Assembly: GCF_009834535.1 (NCBI RefSeq)
Contig: NC_045697.1
Location: forward strand, 22,818,001 to 22,882,000
Origin: Camelus ferus
Lineage: Eukaryota
DNA length: 64,000 nt
Reading direction: 5' to 3'
In this document: positions 37,822-49,639 of the stretch, piece by piece
Numbering within the stretch: the first letter of the stretch is position 1
Layout: every line of letters begins with the position of its first letter
Program-made: the position numbers and the translations under genes
Notes under the pieces: generated by a model
What the model was told of the DNA's origin: nothing
The model's input: only the letters and a program-made list of their open reading frames with translations
Database searches by the model: none

Positions 37822-39222
37822 TAAAAATGTTTCTTTCTCTTATTCAGGTGGGGTTTAGGAAATTGACTATGATAAATGTTTGTTCAATCAATCATCTTTA
37901 ACCTGAAGTTAGTTTTGCTTTTTCTAAAACTAAAAATACAAAAGATACAAAACTTATTTATATGTAATATGCATATTAATTCAAGGACCCTCATATGGTC
38001 TGAATGTCACAGTTATATATTGCATGTATTACATGAGTCATCCAAATGGAAAATACTGTCTTCCAGTTACATGAAATATGAAAAAAATACTTCATTTCTT
38101 ATTTTATTCAAGAAGATTGTGATATATTTCTGTTTACTCATGTCCCATTAAGTCAGTGACAGATTCTATTATCATCGATGGCAAACATATTACTATATTG
38201 TAATTTCCCTTGAGATGGAGAATGATCAAAACTCTTTTTAACCATCTTAAGATTTATTTATAATCTTCTGGCAATCCTATTTTAAAAAGTTGTCAAAGAT
38301 GAAGATGATTCATGACAGTTGTCCTTTATAAAAAGACAGGAGAGCCAAATGTAGTGATCTTCCCTACGATGACAAGTGTCCCTTAGTAGTACATTTCTCC
38401 ATTAGTCAGAAATGCTTTTGACTCCCAGGCAATGAAGTCAGATTTAGAGCGATATAAATAAAACAGGGCTTGTTGGGGGAATGCGTCTGAGTGCCATGCT
38501 TTAGCTGCTTCCTGTGGTCATCTGTGCCACCAACACTTTTTATTTTTCTATTTCTCTATCATTAATGTGGAGACTTGTGCCCTCTTTCTCCTGCTGAGAC
38601 ATCAGGACTGATTTTAAGCATAAAGAATGAGTAAAAACAACAATCTCTTTCTTTTGGAAGCCTTGATTTATTTACTTTATCTATCATCTATCTACATATA
38701 TTTATCTATGCATTTATTTACTATTACTGAAACAGGGAGAGGCAAGCAAAAGACTTATCATATCTCAACATATGAGCCAGAACTGGTCACATATCTAATT
38801 TAAGATGGATCAAAATCAAAATAAATAAGATTGCCGAAACTATTTCTGAAAGTTATGGCTTTACCACTGTAGAATAGGAGTCTAGGCTCCCCACAGTTAA
38901 GTAGTAAATGCTACTCACTTTCAAGACAAATGGTGGTTTAATAAAAAGAAAATGAAGTGGAGATTATCTACTAGGGAGATAAAAGATACTGTATTTTATG
39001 AATATTTAACATAGTTTTGGAAAATAAACATAGTTTAATCTATTTAAACAGAAACAAAATTTAATAGTGCTTTAAAACACATTAAAATGGGTGTTTTAAA
39101 TAATTATTTCATTATGGGTTTTATTGTCAAAAATTATGTGCCTCCCTCTTACCAGCATTTCATAAATATTAAAAAGAAGCAAAATATTTTACTTAAAAAT
39201 ATACCTCATTAACATTAGGCTT

Positions 39223-39584
39223 TGCTATAGACAGAATGTTGATGTCCCACCAAAATTCATATGTTGAAACTAATCCCCAAGGTGATGGTAATGGGAGGTG
39301 GCGTCTTTAGGAGGTGATTAGGTCATGAGAGTGGAGCCCTCTTGAATGAGGTTAATGCCTTTATAAAAGGACCCCAGGGAGCTCCCATACCTTTTCTGCC
39401 ATGTGAAATTATGGTGAGAAGTTGGTTATGAACAAGGAAGTGGGTTTTCACTAGAACCAAATCTGCCAGTGCCTTGATTCTTTGACTTCCCAGCCTCCAG
39501 AGCTGTGAGAAATAAGTTTTTGTTGTCTATAAGCCATCCAGTCTATAGTTTTATGTTATAAGAACCTGTACAGGCAAAAAGACA
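39223..39584 (+). mobile_element. MaLR solo LTR (MLT1A/MLT1A0-like)
   Basis: TG...CA ends; ccaaaattcatatgttgaaactaatcccc...ggaggtgattaggtcatgag...gacttcccagcctccagagctgtgagaaataa; 5-bp TSD ggctt/ggcat. Confidence 0.9.
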
Positions 39585-39827
39585 GGCATTATGAAAAATA
39601 AGTAACCAACTATAAAAAAGAAAATCTCTGTATAATTGGGGGATTGGATAGAAAAAAAGCACCATGATTTAATAATTACACCAAACATTTTACTTTTTTT
39701 ACATCTGTATATCTTTATGAATTATGTTTTTCTGTTGTGACACCTGTTAAACATATTATTGAAATCACCTGAACTTAGAATTAGATTTCAAGTTATGCAT
39801 TCCAAAGCATTAAAATAAGACTGTAGT

Positions 39828-39925
39828 GGGGAAGAATTTAGTTCAGTGGTAGAGTGCATTCTTAGCATGCATGTGGTCCTGGGTTCAAACCCTAGTACCT
39901 CCATTTAAAAAAATGTAAATAATAA
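39828..39925 (+). mobile_element. Vic-1-type SINE (short)
   Basis: ggggaagaatttagttcagtggtagagtgcattcttagcatgcatgtggtcctgggttcaaaccctagtacctcca followed by an A-rich tail. Confidence 0.9.
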
Positions 39926-41000
39926 TGAGGCCTGTTCAGCCAAAATTATGCTTATTTAAAATGTATAAAATAATAACAAAAATTATAAACTATTATTTTA
40001 GTGATAAGAATATTATGAGTATGCAATATTTTTTTCATTGAAATTATTATAAAATAGCATTTACTTATAAAGCACATTACATAGCACAAGTTTTTCTTCT
40101 CAACTTAGACTAAAAGAAAAAAAAGAGTATCTGAAGCAAACATATCTTGAAGCCTTAGTCAAAGTTTAACAAATAATTTTGAAAGAAGAGGAGGCAGTTG
40201 ATGCAAGTACTCAGAAAAGACAAAATCAGTAACCATACACTACATACTATATAAAGTAAAATTATTCTCTGCATTATGGGAAGAATTTTTCTAAGTCAGT
40301 TAATAAAAACAAAAAGCTTTCTAAAATAATATACAAATATGATTGTTATTAATAGCTGATTGTTCTGTTGACTTGTTACCTGAGTCTAAAATGAATCTTA
40401 AAAGAAATTACATTTATTAAAAAGATTATTTTAGGAGGCATTTTCATTTAAATTGTAACCTAAGAATTATTTTTTTACTAATGAACTATGAGCTCACTTA
40501 CTTATTGTTAATGGATTCTATTAATATTAAAAGAACTATTCAGAACTTAGCAGATTAATTTTAAAATAAAATATTGAATATCAACATGACATGTATCATG
40601 TAAGCCATTTATTTTTCATTTAAAGTATTTTAGTAATATATTGGCACAAGAGTACATGAAAATATTTCTATTTAAAGTGATTTTGAACAATTGATCATTT
40701 TTTGGTGTAATATACAGCAAAAATTCTAAATTAAACCATCAATCTCAAAAAATATCATATTTCATTTAATAAAATAAAAGCAAAGCAGAAAGGAGATCAA
40801 ACAAATTACAAGATTATATACTCACTAACACTGGATTTGATACCTTTTCAACATTGTTCCCAATTTACCATGGGAAAAAGGAGTTAGGTAACTGTGACAT
40901 AGTTCTTCAAGGAAAGAAAGAATGCAGATCATCTCAGTCTCATCTCTCTGTCAAGCTGATAATTAAACTTCTAGAAATAAGCTAGTTATAATTTACTGGA

Positions 41001-41280
41001 ACGGGGATCCTCAAACTAGTTCTGTGGGTTTATCCAACCAATGGAGAAGGTCCATGCTGTCAAAACTATTTTCATAAAAGTTCTAAAGTACTATTTGTCT
41101 TTTGTTGTTGTTGTTGTTACGTTAACGTTTCCACTTCTGGTATAAAAATAACATTGGTTAAGTTGCTAACACCTCCACATAAATAAAGTCAGTGTCATTA
41201 AACTTTTAGTAGTCACTGAATTTTACACTACTATGAACTGAGAGGGAAAATAAAGCCAGTTGCATTTAAGATGTCTTTGC
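41001..41280 (+). mobile_element. hAT DNA transposon end (Charlie1-like), truncated at the MLT2 LTR
   Basis: ggtccatgctgtcaaaactattttcataa...aaagccagttgcatttaagatgtctttg resembles the Charlie1 terminal region. Confidence 0.6.
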
Positions 41281-41284
41281 TGGA

Positions 41285-41659
41285 TATAATGGTTAAGTTT
41301 TATGTGTCAACTTGGTTAGGCTATGGTGCCAAAAGCATAGGCCTTGGTCAAACTCTAGTCTAGAGGTTAATGTGAGGGTATTTTGTGGATGTGATTAACA
41401 TTTATAATCAGATGACTTTGGATAATGGAGATTATCTTCAACTATACAAGTGAGCCTCATTCAATCAGATGAAGGGCTTAAGAACAAAAGCAGAGGTTTC
41501 CCAGAGAAGAAGGACCATTGCCTCAAGACTATAATAAAAACCCTGCCTGACTTTCTTTGGATTTGCTAGCTCCCAAAATGTGTGAGCCAATTTCTATAAA
41601 TAAATGAATAACTAAATCTCCTATTGGTTTTGTTTCTCTGGAGAACCTTAACTATTACA
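41285..41659 (+). mobile_element. ERV-L 5' LTR (MLT2, MLT2D-like)
   Basis: atggttaagttttatgtgtcaacttgg...gatgtgattaacatttataatcag...ctattggttttgtttctctggagaaccttaactattaca. Confidence 0.9.
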
Positions 41660-42618
41660 GATTTTGGTGCTGAAAGTAGTACAAGAGGAACAGAATCTTA
41701 AAAATAAGGTTTTGGAATTAGTTTTGGAATTTATGGAATTGGCTCACTAATCTGGTTCTAATTAAAGGCATTAATTATTCCATTTCTAGTGGTAAAGAGG
41801 CACTGATAATCCATGGCATGATGTGGGAATAAAGAACACAAATTATCACTGTTGGATGCTTGTAATCAAATACTTAGAAGAGGGAAGGTTCTGAGCAATG
41901 ACGAATTTGCTATCAAAGACCTTTTTTTGTCAAGCTAATGGCTATAGTGAGATTGGTGGTTGCTCCTAATTGCTGGGCAGAGTATGGGAAAACAAAGGAT
42001 GAGATCCGGGCTTCAAGTTCCATGCATGAATAACCTGTGTCTGCCCTGAATGAAACCCTTATTGCTCGTATCTGTGGAGACAAATTTTTTTAAATGAATC
42101 CTACCTGTGACTGGTTGAACTATAATACAAATTGAATTCCCAATCTCATAGGGTGCCTGCTGTTAGAGTGACTGCATTGATCGAGAAAAGGATAGGGTTC
42201 TGAAAATTGGAATGAGGATATATGAACAGTTCCTGGGGTAGCTGGAGATACTGAGCCTATAAATTCTTCCAAGTCCTTTTCTGAAGAGGTTAATACTACT
42301 TGGTGGTGGAACCTGTAATGGCTTCCTTTAAAGTAGCTTACAATACACTACTTATTCTTATCAGGACCCATTCTTACTATTCCCCTTTGCTTCTAGACTT
42401 GTAAATAGGCTCAAGTATCAGTAGGATCTATAAGATGTGACCCATGAGGCAGTGTTCTACACTCCAAAAGAACCACGTGAATTTTTCAGTTTACAGACAG
42501 AAATGCTAGGAAGAGATGTGGAAATGGATATTAAGAGTGCAAGATAATGGTGAATGGAACACACAATTGAATCTAACCACATTTGTTGATATAGGCCCAC
42601 TAAGTGGAGATTCTGAGT
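41660..42618 (+). mobile_element. ERV-L internal sequence (PBS/leader/decayed gag)
   Basis: Begins immediately after the LTR with gattttggtgctgaaagtag...agaggaacagaat (ERV-L primer-binding-site region); gag-like ttgatataggcccactaagtggagattctg. Confidence 0.8.
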
Positions 42619-43034
42619 CTCACTAAACTAGAATCAAGGTGTCAACATGGCTATGTTCCTCTGGAGGTTCTGTAGGCACCACAGATGTTAGGGAAGAATC
42701 TTATTTCTTGCATTTTCTAGCTTCTAGAGGTGTCTGCCTTCCTTGGCTTAAGCCTCTCTTCTTCTTTCTTCAAACCCAGCAAAGGTAGGTTGACTTCTTA
42801 TCATGATGATTGATCATGACCTTTTCTTCTGCTTCCCTCTTTCACTTGAAAGGACTTTTATGATAACATTGAATCCACACAAATATTTCCAGATAATTCA
42901 TCATAAACTCAGCTGGTTAGTAGCCTTAATTTCATCTTCAACCATAATTCCCCTTTGCCATATAAAATAACCTTCACAGTTTCAGGGAATTAGGATATGG
43001 ACATCTTTGTGAGTCTGTTACTCTGCCTACCACA
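42619..43034 (-). mobile_element. MaLR LTR (MLT1C-like), lacking its 3' end
   Basis: aatcaaggtgtc...ttttctagcttctagagg...ttcagggaattaggatatggacatctttg...tctgcctaccaca. Confidence 0.85.
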
Positions 43035-44379
43035 AATGGGTAGAAGAGAAGCCATTCAAATTATGAATGTTTTGGTTTCTATCATTTATTTTATTTAATA
43101 AAGTACACCTTTTTTGTTTTGTTTTATCCCCATGGCTCTATAAGCCTCATTGCTAGTCATCTCAATCTGTATTCCTCTGGCTGACATGTTCTGTTTCATT
43201 TTAATAGATTCAATGTTCTCATTCTAGATAAACCATTATAATATCAATCCCTTAATATTAAAAAAAATTTTGAGAAGAAAATATTTCAGGGTCTAAATAC
43301 TGAGTGCTCTAAATAAGAGAATGAGCTTTAACTATAATATTCAATGTCCTTTACCTTATGATCTATCTTATTCTTTTAGTTATTCTTGTAGAATCCTTAC
43401 ATTACCCACAAAAATGTATGAAAAAATTATTTCATTTAGAATCTTTTTATTATCTTTTTTCAAATAATGAGATGTAGGTACTATAAGTTTATATTTTGTC
43501 ATAATAGGAATTTTTGTGCATCATTCCAAGTAAAGCATTCAACTGTTTGTGCAAAGTCTGTAGGCACCATAGATGTTAGCAGGTGAATTTTTAATGTCTT
43601 TTGCATGTGAACAACTCCACATGCACACAAAAAAAAATGAGTGCCTCATTAACATTTACTGTTTCTGCAAAGTCAAAAGGAGAGCACAGTCAACTGTAAT
43701 TACAGCTATTGTGGGCTAGAAGTAATGTGTTTCCAAAAAAACCCACTAATGTTCTCAATTTTATTTTCATAGATTTATTGGGAATTTTAAAATGCACATA
43801 TCTCCAAAAGTATCAAATTTAAAATTTTGAAATGTCAATAAGTTGCATTTTTAAAGAAAAATGAGAATACTTTTGCTTGCTATCAAGATGATTTTAATAT
43901 TATTATTGTTCATACTGCTATTGAATTTGATAAAAATACTTCGCAGTGGATTTTTACAGGGGTACTTACTCTTTCTAAGAAAGTTTCTTTGTGTGTTAAA
44001 AATTGGAAATCCACCTTTTAAATGTTTGAGAAATATGTGGTGTAGTGTAGTTATATACAGAGCTCTCTTAGAGAATTCTGTAGGGATCCAAAAGGTAAAC
44101 AACCAATGATCATAAGGGCAAGAACTAAAAGAGCTCTAGAGATGAGCTAATCCTATACTCTTCTCTCCTCTTTCCTTTCTTCTTTTCCTCATTCCCAACA
44201 GGTCCTGCTTCCATTGCTTCCATATTCTCTTATCTCTTTTCTTCTCCTCCCCCTTCTCTCTCTCCTTCTTAACTTCTATAATTCATACAAGCCCAACCTC
44301 TTAATCCCGACCTGAATCCCCACAGTTTTGTTTTGCACATGGTCCACAGTAGCTCCAGATTGCATCACTACACTTACCT

Positions 44380-44650
44380 GGAACACATTCATTCATTCAA
44401 TACTTTTGTGCACCTATTTTTACACTTGTCACTATTGGAGGGTTTAGTATAAATCAATGAAGCAAGAATAGATTTCTGTTTTCAGGCTTCTTACATTCCA
44501 ATGAATAGAGACAGGCAATAAACTATAAATGATGAAACGTTAATTATATACTATGTAAAAAAAATCATGAGCATTAGGGAAAAAACTAGAGAAGGCTAGG
44601 GTAGATTAGAAATGTGTTTGGGAGTGAGTTGCAATTTTAAGACAAGTGAT
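44380..44650 (-). mobile_element. LINE-2 3' end
   Basis: cattcattcattcaatacttttgtgcacctat...cttacattccaatgaatagagacaggcaataaac. Confidence 0.7.
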
Positions 44651-44879
44651 TTGGGAAATTATATCTCATTGCCAACTTTTTTGTGTGTTCCTTGGTCACA
44701 ATTTCCAGAGTGAAAATGTGATTGATCTAACTCAGTTTACTATAAATTTCCATTTTATACTCAGACAGTTGGACAGTTTATGTGGCATTTTCTAAGTAGT
44801 CATTCTCTTCCATAAATCTGTAGCTTATGATTTATTTACCATAAAACTACGAAGCCAGATAAGTCCTAATAAAAGTATT

Positions 44880-47800
44880 CCTTTGGTGAGGACTCTTCCC
44901 TATCAAAGATTGTTAGTCTATTTACCAAGAGCTCAGTTTTCAGCATATTTACAGGGAGGTTACACTTGGTCACCTACATTCTTTTTTCCATGGAGACTGC
45001 TCCTAAGTATGTTATTGGATAGATAACTGCTTACTTTGTCCCCACTCAGGGGATGGAAGCTCTGCTGGTCACCATCCTCCACCTTATCTAATTCATTGAA
45101 AACTACTGACCCCAGGCCAAATGAAATGATAAACACAACCTAAAAATCATGAACACAAAGTGGTAGTTAGCTCCCCATCAAACTGAGTCATCAGCATATA
45201 GTGTTTCACTTCTTTTGTTCAGGTTATACAAGTGGAAGATTTGGGGAGAATGTATAACCCAACAGGAATCCAATCTTCTTTCTACAAAGCCTTAATATAT
45301 TTCTTCTAATACCAGTCATTAGTAAATGACAGATTTAAAAGAGAATAGCCATTCTCTTACACTGACTTGGTCACATGAGATTACCATAGTGGCATCTTTC
45401 CTCTGGGGATTGGAATCTACTAATGACCTTCTCTGCCATCTGCTATGATATACACCTGTTTTCTTATTTTATCCATTGCCTTCCATGGTTAGGCTTTCTG
45501 TTCTGCAGGTGTATTATTCACCCACAGAGCTAATAACAAAATTGTTATTTTTTTCCTTGGTTCTATGTCCAAGCAGATGGCATAGAGTCTGACTGTCCCT
45601 GCCAACTGATAATGGAGCTGCATTCACAGTTCATCCTAATGCAGCTACATGAGCTGAAATCATGATCCATCTCAAGTACTTCAGGATTCCACACTGCTAC
45701 GTCCAATGTTTCTTTGTTTTCTATACTAATATATGTCTCTATGGGTACACATGCTTTTAAATGTTGCCCTAGGACCACTGAGTAAGGTAAATGGAAAATA
45801 TTTTAAAAGCTGTGATACGGAAAAGAGATTTAGTTATATATTTGCATCCTCCCTTAATCCTGTATTCACATTCTCTGATTCTAGAACCTTTTCCAGGGCA
45901 GTACTTTTCATCATAAATATTTCCTTCATGTTTAATTTAGATTACTTGCGTGAATTAGCAATGCCTTTTGCATTATCCATTTTGGATAGCAAACATTGTA
46001 TTTGCTCTGATGATGGTAAGAGATAAAGAAAGATCATTTAATATTGTCTCTTTACCCCTGTCTGTGTTTATAGTAAATATGTATCTTGATCAGAAGAAAT
46101 ATGTCTTGGGTTTGGGGGGTTGAATTAATATTTTGCTGCTACATAGCTTTAATTCTGGTCTCCAAGGTCGCTTCTGTTACAGGATAAGAAATGTCTAGAG
46201 TATATTAGGTGTCAATCTCAGTTAACACACACTTGCAAGTCCAGGGGACTACCATTAGTGATCTGATGTAATCCATTTGCTGACTCTGCATTAGTCTGTA
46301 TCCTTGGAGAATTGTACCCTCCTCCATTTTCAAATTATTTTTCTCCCAAATATATTCTTTATATTAGTCATCCCATTCAGTCCAAGAGATATTTCATGTC
46401 TCTGACCATGGGTGCACAGCCCAAGAACTGAATGCCCAATTATTTCATGAATCCATGGAACTAGTAAGGTATTAGATTCACACATCAGCCTTATCATTTA
46501 ATCTCTGCCTGAGCTGGGAAGTAGGTTATATTTATTTTTATTTCTTTACTTTTTTTGTTGTTTTGGAGGGGCATCCCCATATCCCACCTTATTTCTTCCT
46601 ATAATTATCCCCCAATTCTCCATACATGAACATTTTATATAACAATTTTGCCCAATCATTGAAGCTTATTTGTGTGACAATATAGTATATCTTTTGGCTA
46701 GAGCCCAAGAGTCTGAAAATCCAAATGCTCCCCTAAAACTGGGAGCCTAGTTTTTCTTCTATTATTAAATAAACTGCCTGTATTTCTGCTCACATGGTAC
46801 TGATTTCAAAAGAAAAACCTGCTCTTCAATCTGGACACTTCCATCTGTGAACCGGGAAGACTATTTTGCCTTGGATGGAAGAGAATCATAGAACTGAGAC
46901 CACACAGCAATGACAATGGGGATGTCCTTGGAGGGCTCTGTGGTTGTCCCTCTGGTCAGTGAAGCTGTCTTCTCAAGTATGCAGTGCACTACTCCTGAAT
47001 TTATTCTTTAGCATGCTTTTGAATATCCACTTGATAAATGACATTTGGTGTGCTGCTCTCAGACTATTTGAACATCACCCTGACAACACCTGAGATATAA
47101 GTGGGTACCTATGTCTCAGAATTATCTAACACCTTTCAGAAGTGTGGAAAATTTTGATTAACTCCCAATGATAAGCTAGCAGTTATCTTTCAAATGGTTG
47201 AGTCCAAGTCCAAAATCTAAGAGTAGCACTATTTTATTTTTCCAGAGTCCAGTCTGTATATGTTCTGAATGCAGATACTTCTAATGCTATTGAGCTACTG
47301 GATCACAGGGTCCTAGTGGGACTGCCTGTAACACCACTCTGTAAATTATTTAATGCTTACCTCTGTCCACTCAGATTCAGATTTCTTTCAGGTGACTCTG
47401 TGGTTGAGCTCCAACAAGATGTCTATTTGAGAAATATAATTTTGCCAAAAGTGAATGAAACATGCTAGCCTCTGAGCTTCTGGAATATTGATAGTGCCTG
47501 CACAGGATAGTAACTTATTTCTCACAATTTCAAGACTACCTTTGATTCTTCAAGTCCAACTCATTCTTAAGCATTTCCTAAATTGAGTTGGGCATTGAAT
47601 TTACCTGAAGTCTTCAGCAAACCTATATTTGTTATATGGGTGACTAAGAGTCTTAATTTTGCCTGAGCTTCTTCTTCTTCTAAAGAGGAAATTATCATGA
47701 TATCATCAATGTAGTGCAATAACTTGTATTAATAGTTGTCAAGTCCAAGTCCTGCTTCCATAGATTATGACAATATGCTGATGAATTCAAATATTTATTT

Positions 47801-47950
47801 GACAAAACAATGAATGTATAATGATTTCCAGCCCATGAAAATGCAATTATCTGCCTGGTTATACTGAAATATTGAGATTAAAAAGATGGCAATGAATCCA
47901 AGTTTATAATATCTGACAACTATTTGGATTGTAATTTCAATACACCGGTT
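44880..47950 (-). mobile_element. Decayed ERV-L (class III) pol: RT, RNase H, integrase and 3' region
   Basis: Minus-strand hand translation gives AFSWAGNHYTFIVL...CHNL (about 47760-47844), HYIDDIMI (YIDD 47702-47713), EAQRL..FWQ..I, PLGPCDP, FTDGS (46837-46851), QMDYI, VLTEIDT and SDQ.T.F; many stops and frameshifts; ends approximate. Confidence 0.88.
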
Positions 47951-48070
47951 GAAGAGAGAGTAGTGTGATTTTTCAACAACAGAACAAATGTTCAGAGAAC
48001 ATCGCTTATGAAAGTAGAGAAGTCAAATAAAATCCTCTACATGAATGGAAAAAAAAAGAAAAAAAAAATC

Positions 48071-48104
48071 ACTCCACAAAGATGTAAACTCCATAAAGAT
48101 GTAA
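48071..48104. repeat. 17-bp tandem duplication
   Basis: actccacaaagatgtaa / actccataaagatgtaa. Confidence 0.85.
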
Positions 48105-49225
48105 ACAAGGAGGATTTTTAAAGAATACACATATCTTTAATGAAAAATAATGTCTTACACATTGCTGCAAACGTAGAACCTAGCACTGTACCTTGTGTAT
48201 ATTTAGTCTTATAGAATATCTTTTTATTGCTTAAATCAAAATAATCATTTCAACAAGTTAATATTGGCATGACCACTTGGCTGGAGTGGGGAAAGGAGAG
48301 AAGGAAATCACAAAATGTTATGTGACTTTAACAGTTGACATGTAGTGGAATCTCTACTTAACTACTACCTCTCATGTATACCTAAGCACAGCTCCTTCTG
48401 TTCTGAGCAATAACAGGGGCTGATGTACTAATAAAGATGTGTTGGGCTGCAGAAAACTGAAGTTGAGTTGTCAAACTGAAGAGCACATGCCAACTGCTGT
48501 CTCCTGTGTACTCAGGATTTAAACTATGTTCGGTCCACAGCAAAATGCTCTTCCAAAGGAATATACTGCCATACTGGAGGCAACGTTGCATGTCTGGCAT
48601 GTTGTTGCATTATTGAGACAAAGCCTCTAAGTTTTCTTTCTTATTTAAAAACAATCATATTTCTAAAGAGAACTGAAGGAAAAAGGGAAATTTTGAAATT
48701 TATTTTCTCTAAACTGCAGAAATCTTTTATAGCTATCATAAAGCTAATATTAAATAATGTGAATTTTTATGGTATACTAGAAATAATAAATAACATTTAT
48801 TCTATGTCATATTAAATTTAAATTGCACTTTTAATTTGCGACTATACTAATATATATGTATTATTTATTTTATACATTAATATGTATATATTAATATATT
48901 TACATATATAGTCACACATATGTATGCATGTATCTACTCTTATATTGAGACTATGCACATAGCTATAGGTATAGATTTACATATTTAAATAAATATATTC
49001 AAGTTTTGTCCTAATAAGATAACCCTGTTAACTCAATTATTTTTTCTGAATTTCATCCAGGTGGAGAAAACCAAATATTTCTAAAATTTCTGTTTATTAA
49101 AGGCTATGAAAATCTTAGTTTGAGGAGGCCAGGTGGCTTCATCCTAAAAATGTGACTGGTGTTGGATGAAACCATATCACTGAAAGAAAGGAGAGGCAGG
49201 TGCAAAGTTTAAGGCACTCTCACTT

Positions 49226-49635
49226 TCTCTTAAGTTGATTCCTTTGAAGTAGATCCCCAAATAGAGATTCTTGTGCAAGTGGTTATTGCAAGAATGTACT
49301 CAGGTGAAAACTGAACAGAAGTGAGAGTAGGGATAAGGTAGGGATTAAGGTAAACAAAATAAGGAGGCCAAGCTGAAATCTAGCTTCATCCTGATCCCAA
49401 GGAGAGCTTAGGGGCATAAAGGGCATCAGTTGAATGTTCTGACTTGGGGTGTGGGGGCTTTTAGGTGCTCATATCACTCACTGACAAGAAGCATCCCTTT
49501 TCAGGAGTGGCATAACTTCCAAAGCAAGTTTGCAAAGCACCTCCCGATGACTCAGGGTAATTTCTGTGAACGACTTGTACTGTGTGCTGTTTGCAGATGG
49601 CACTCACATTTGGCTCATAATCCAATACGACTTTA
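49226..49635 (-). mobile_element. ERV-L LTR16-family LTR
   Basis: Reverse complement contains agctctccttgggatcaggatgaagctag...caataaccacttgcacaagaatctc...ggaatcaacttaaga, like the LTR16 3' half. Confidence 0.7.
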
Positions 49636-49639
49636 AATA

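Noticed and set aside
47950..49635. LTR16 as the 5' LTR of the adjacent minus-strand pol
   Set aside because: No primer-binding-site-like sequence follows the LTR, and 1.3 kb of unrelated AT-rich DNA intervenes.
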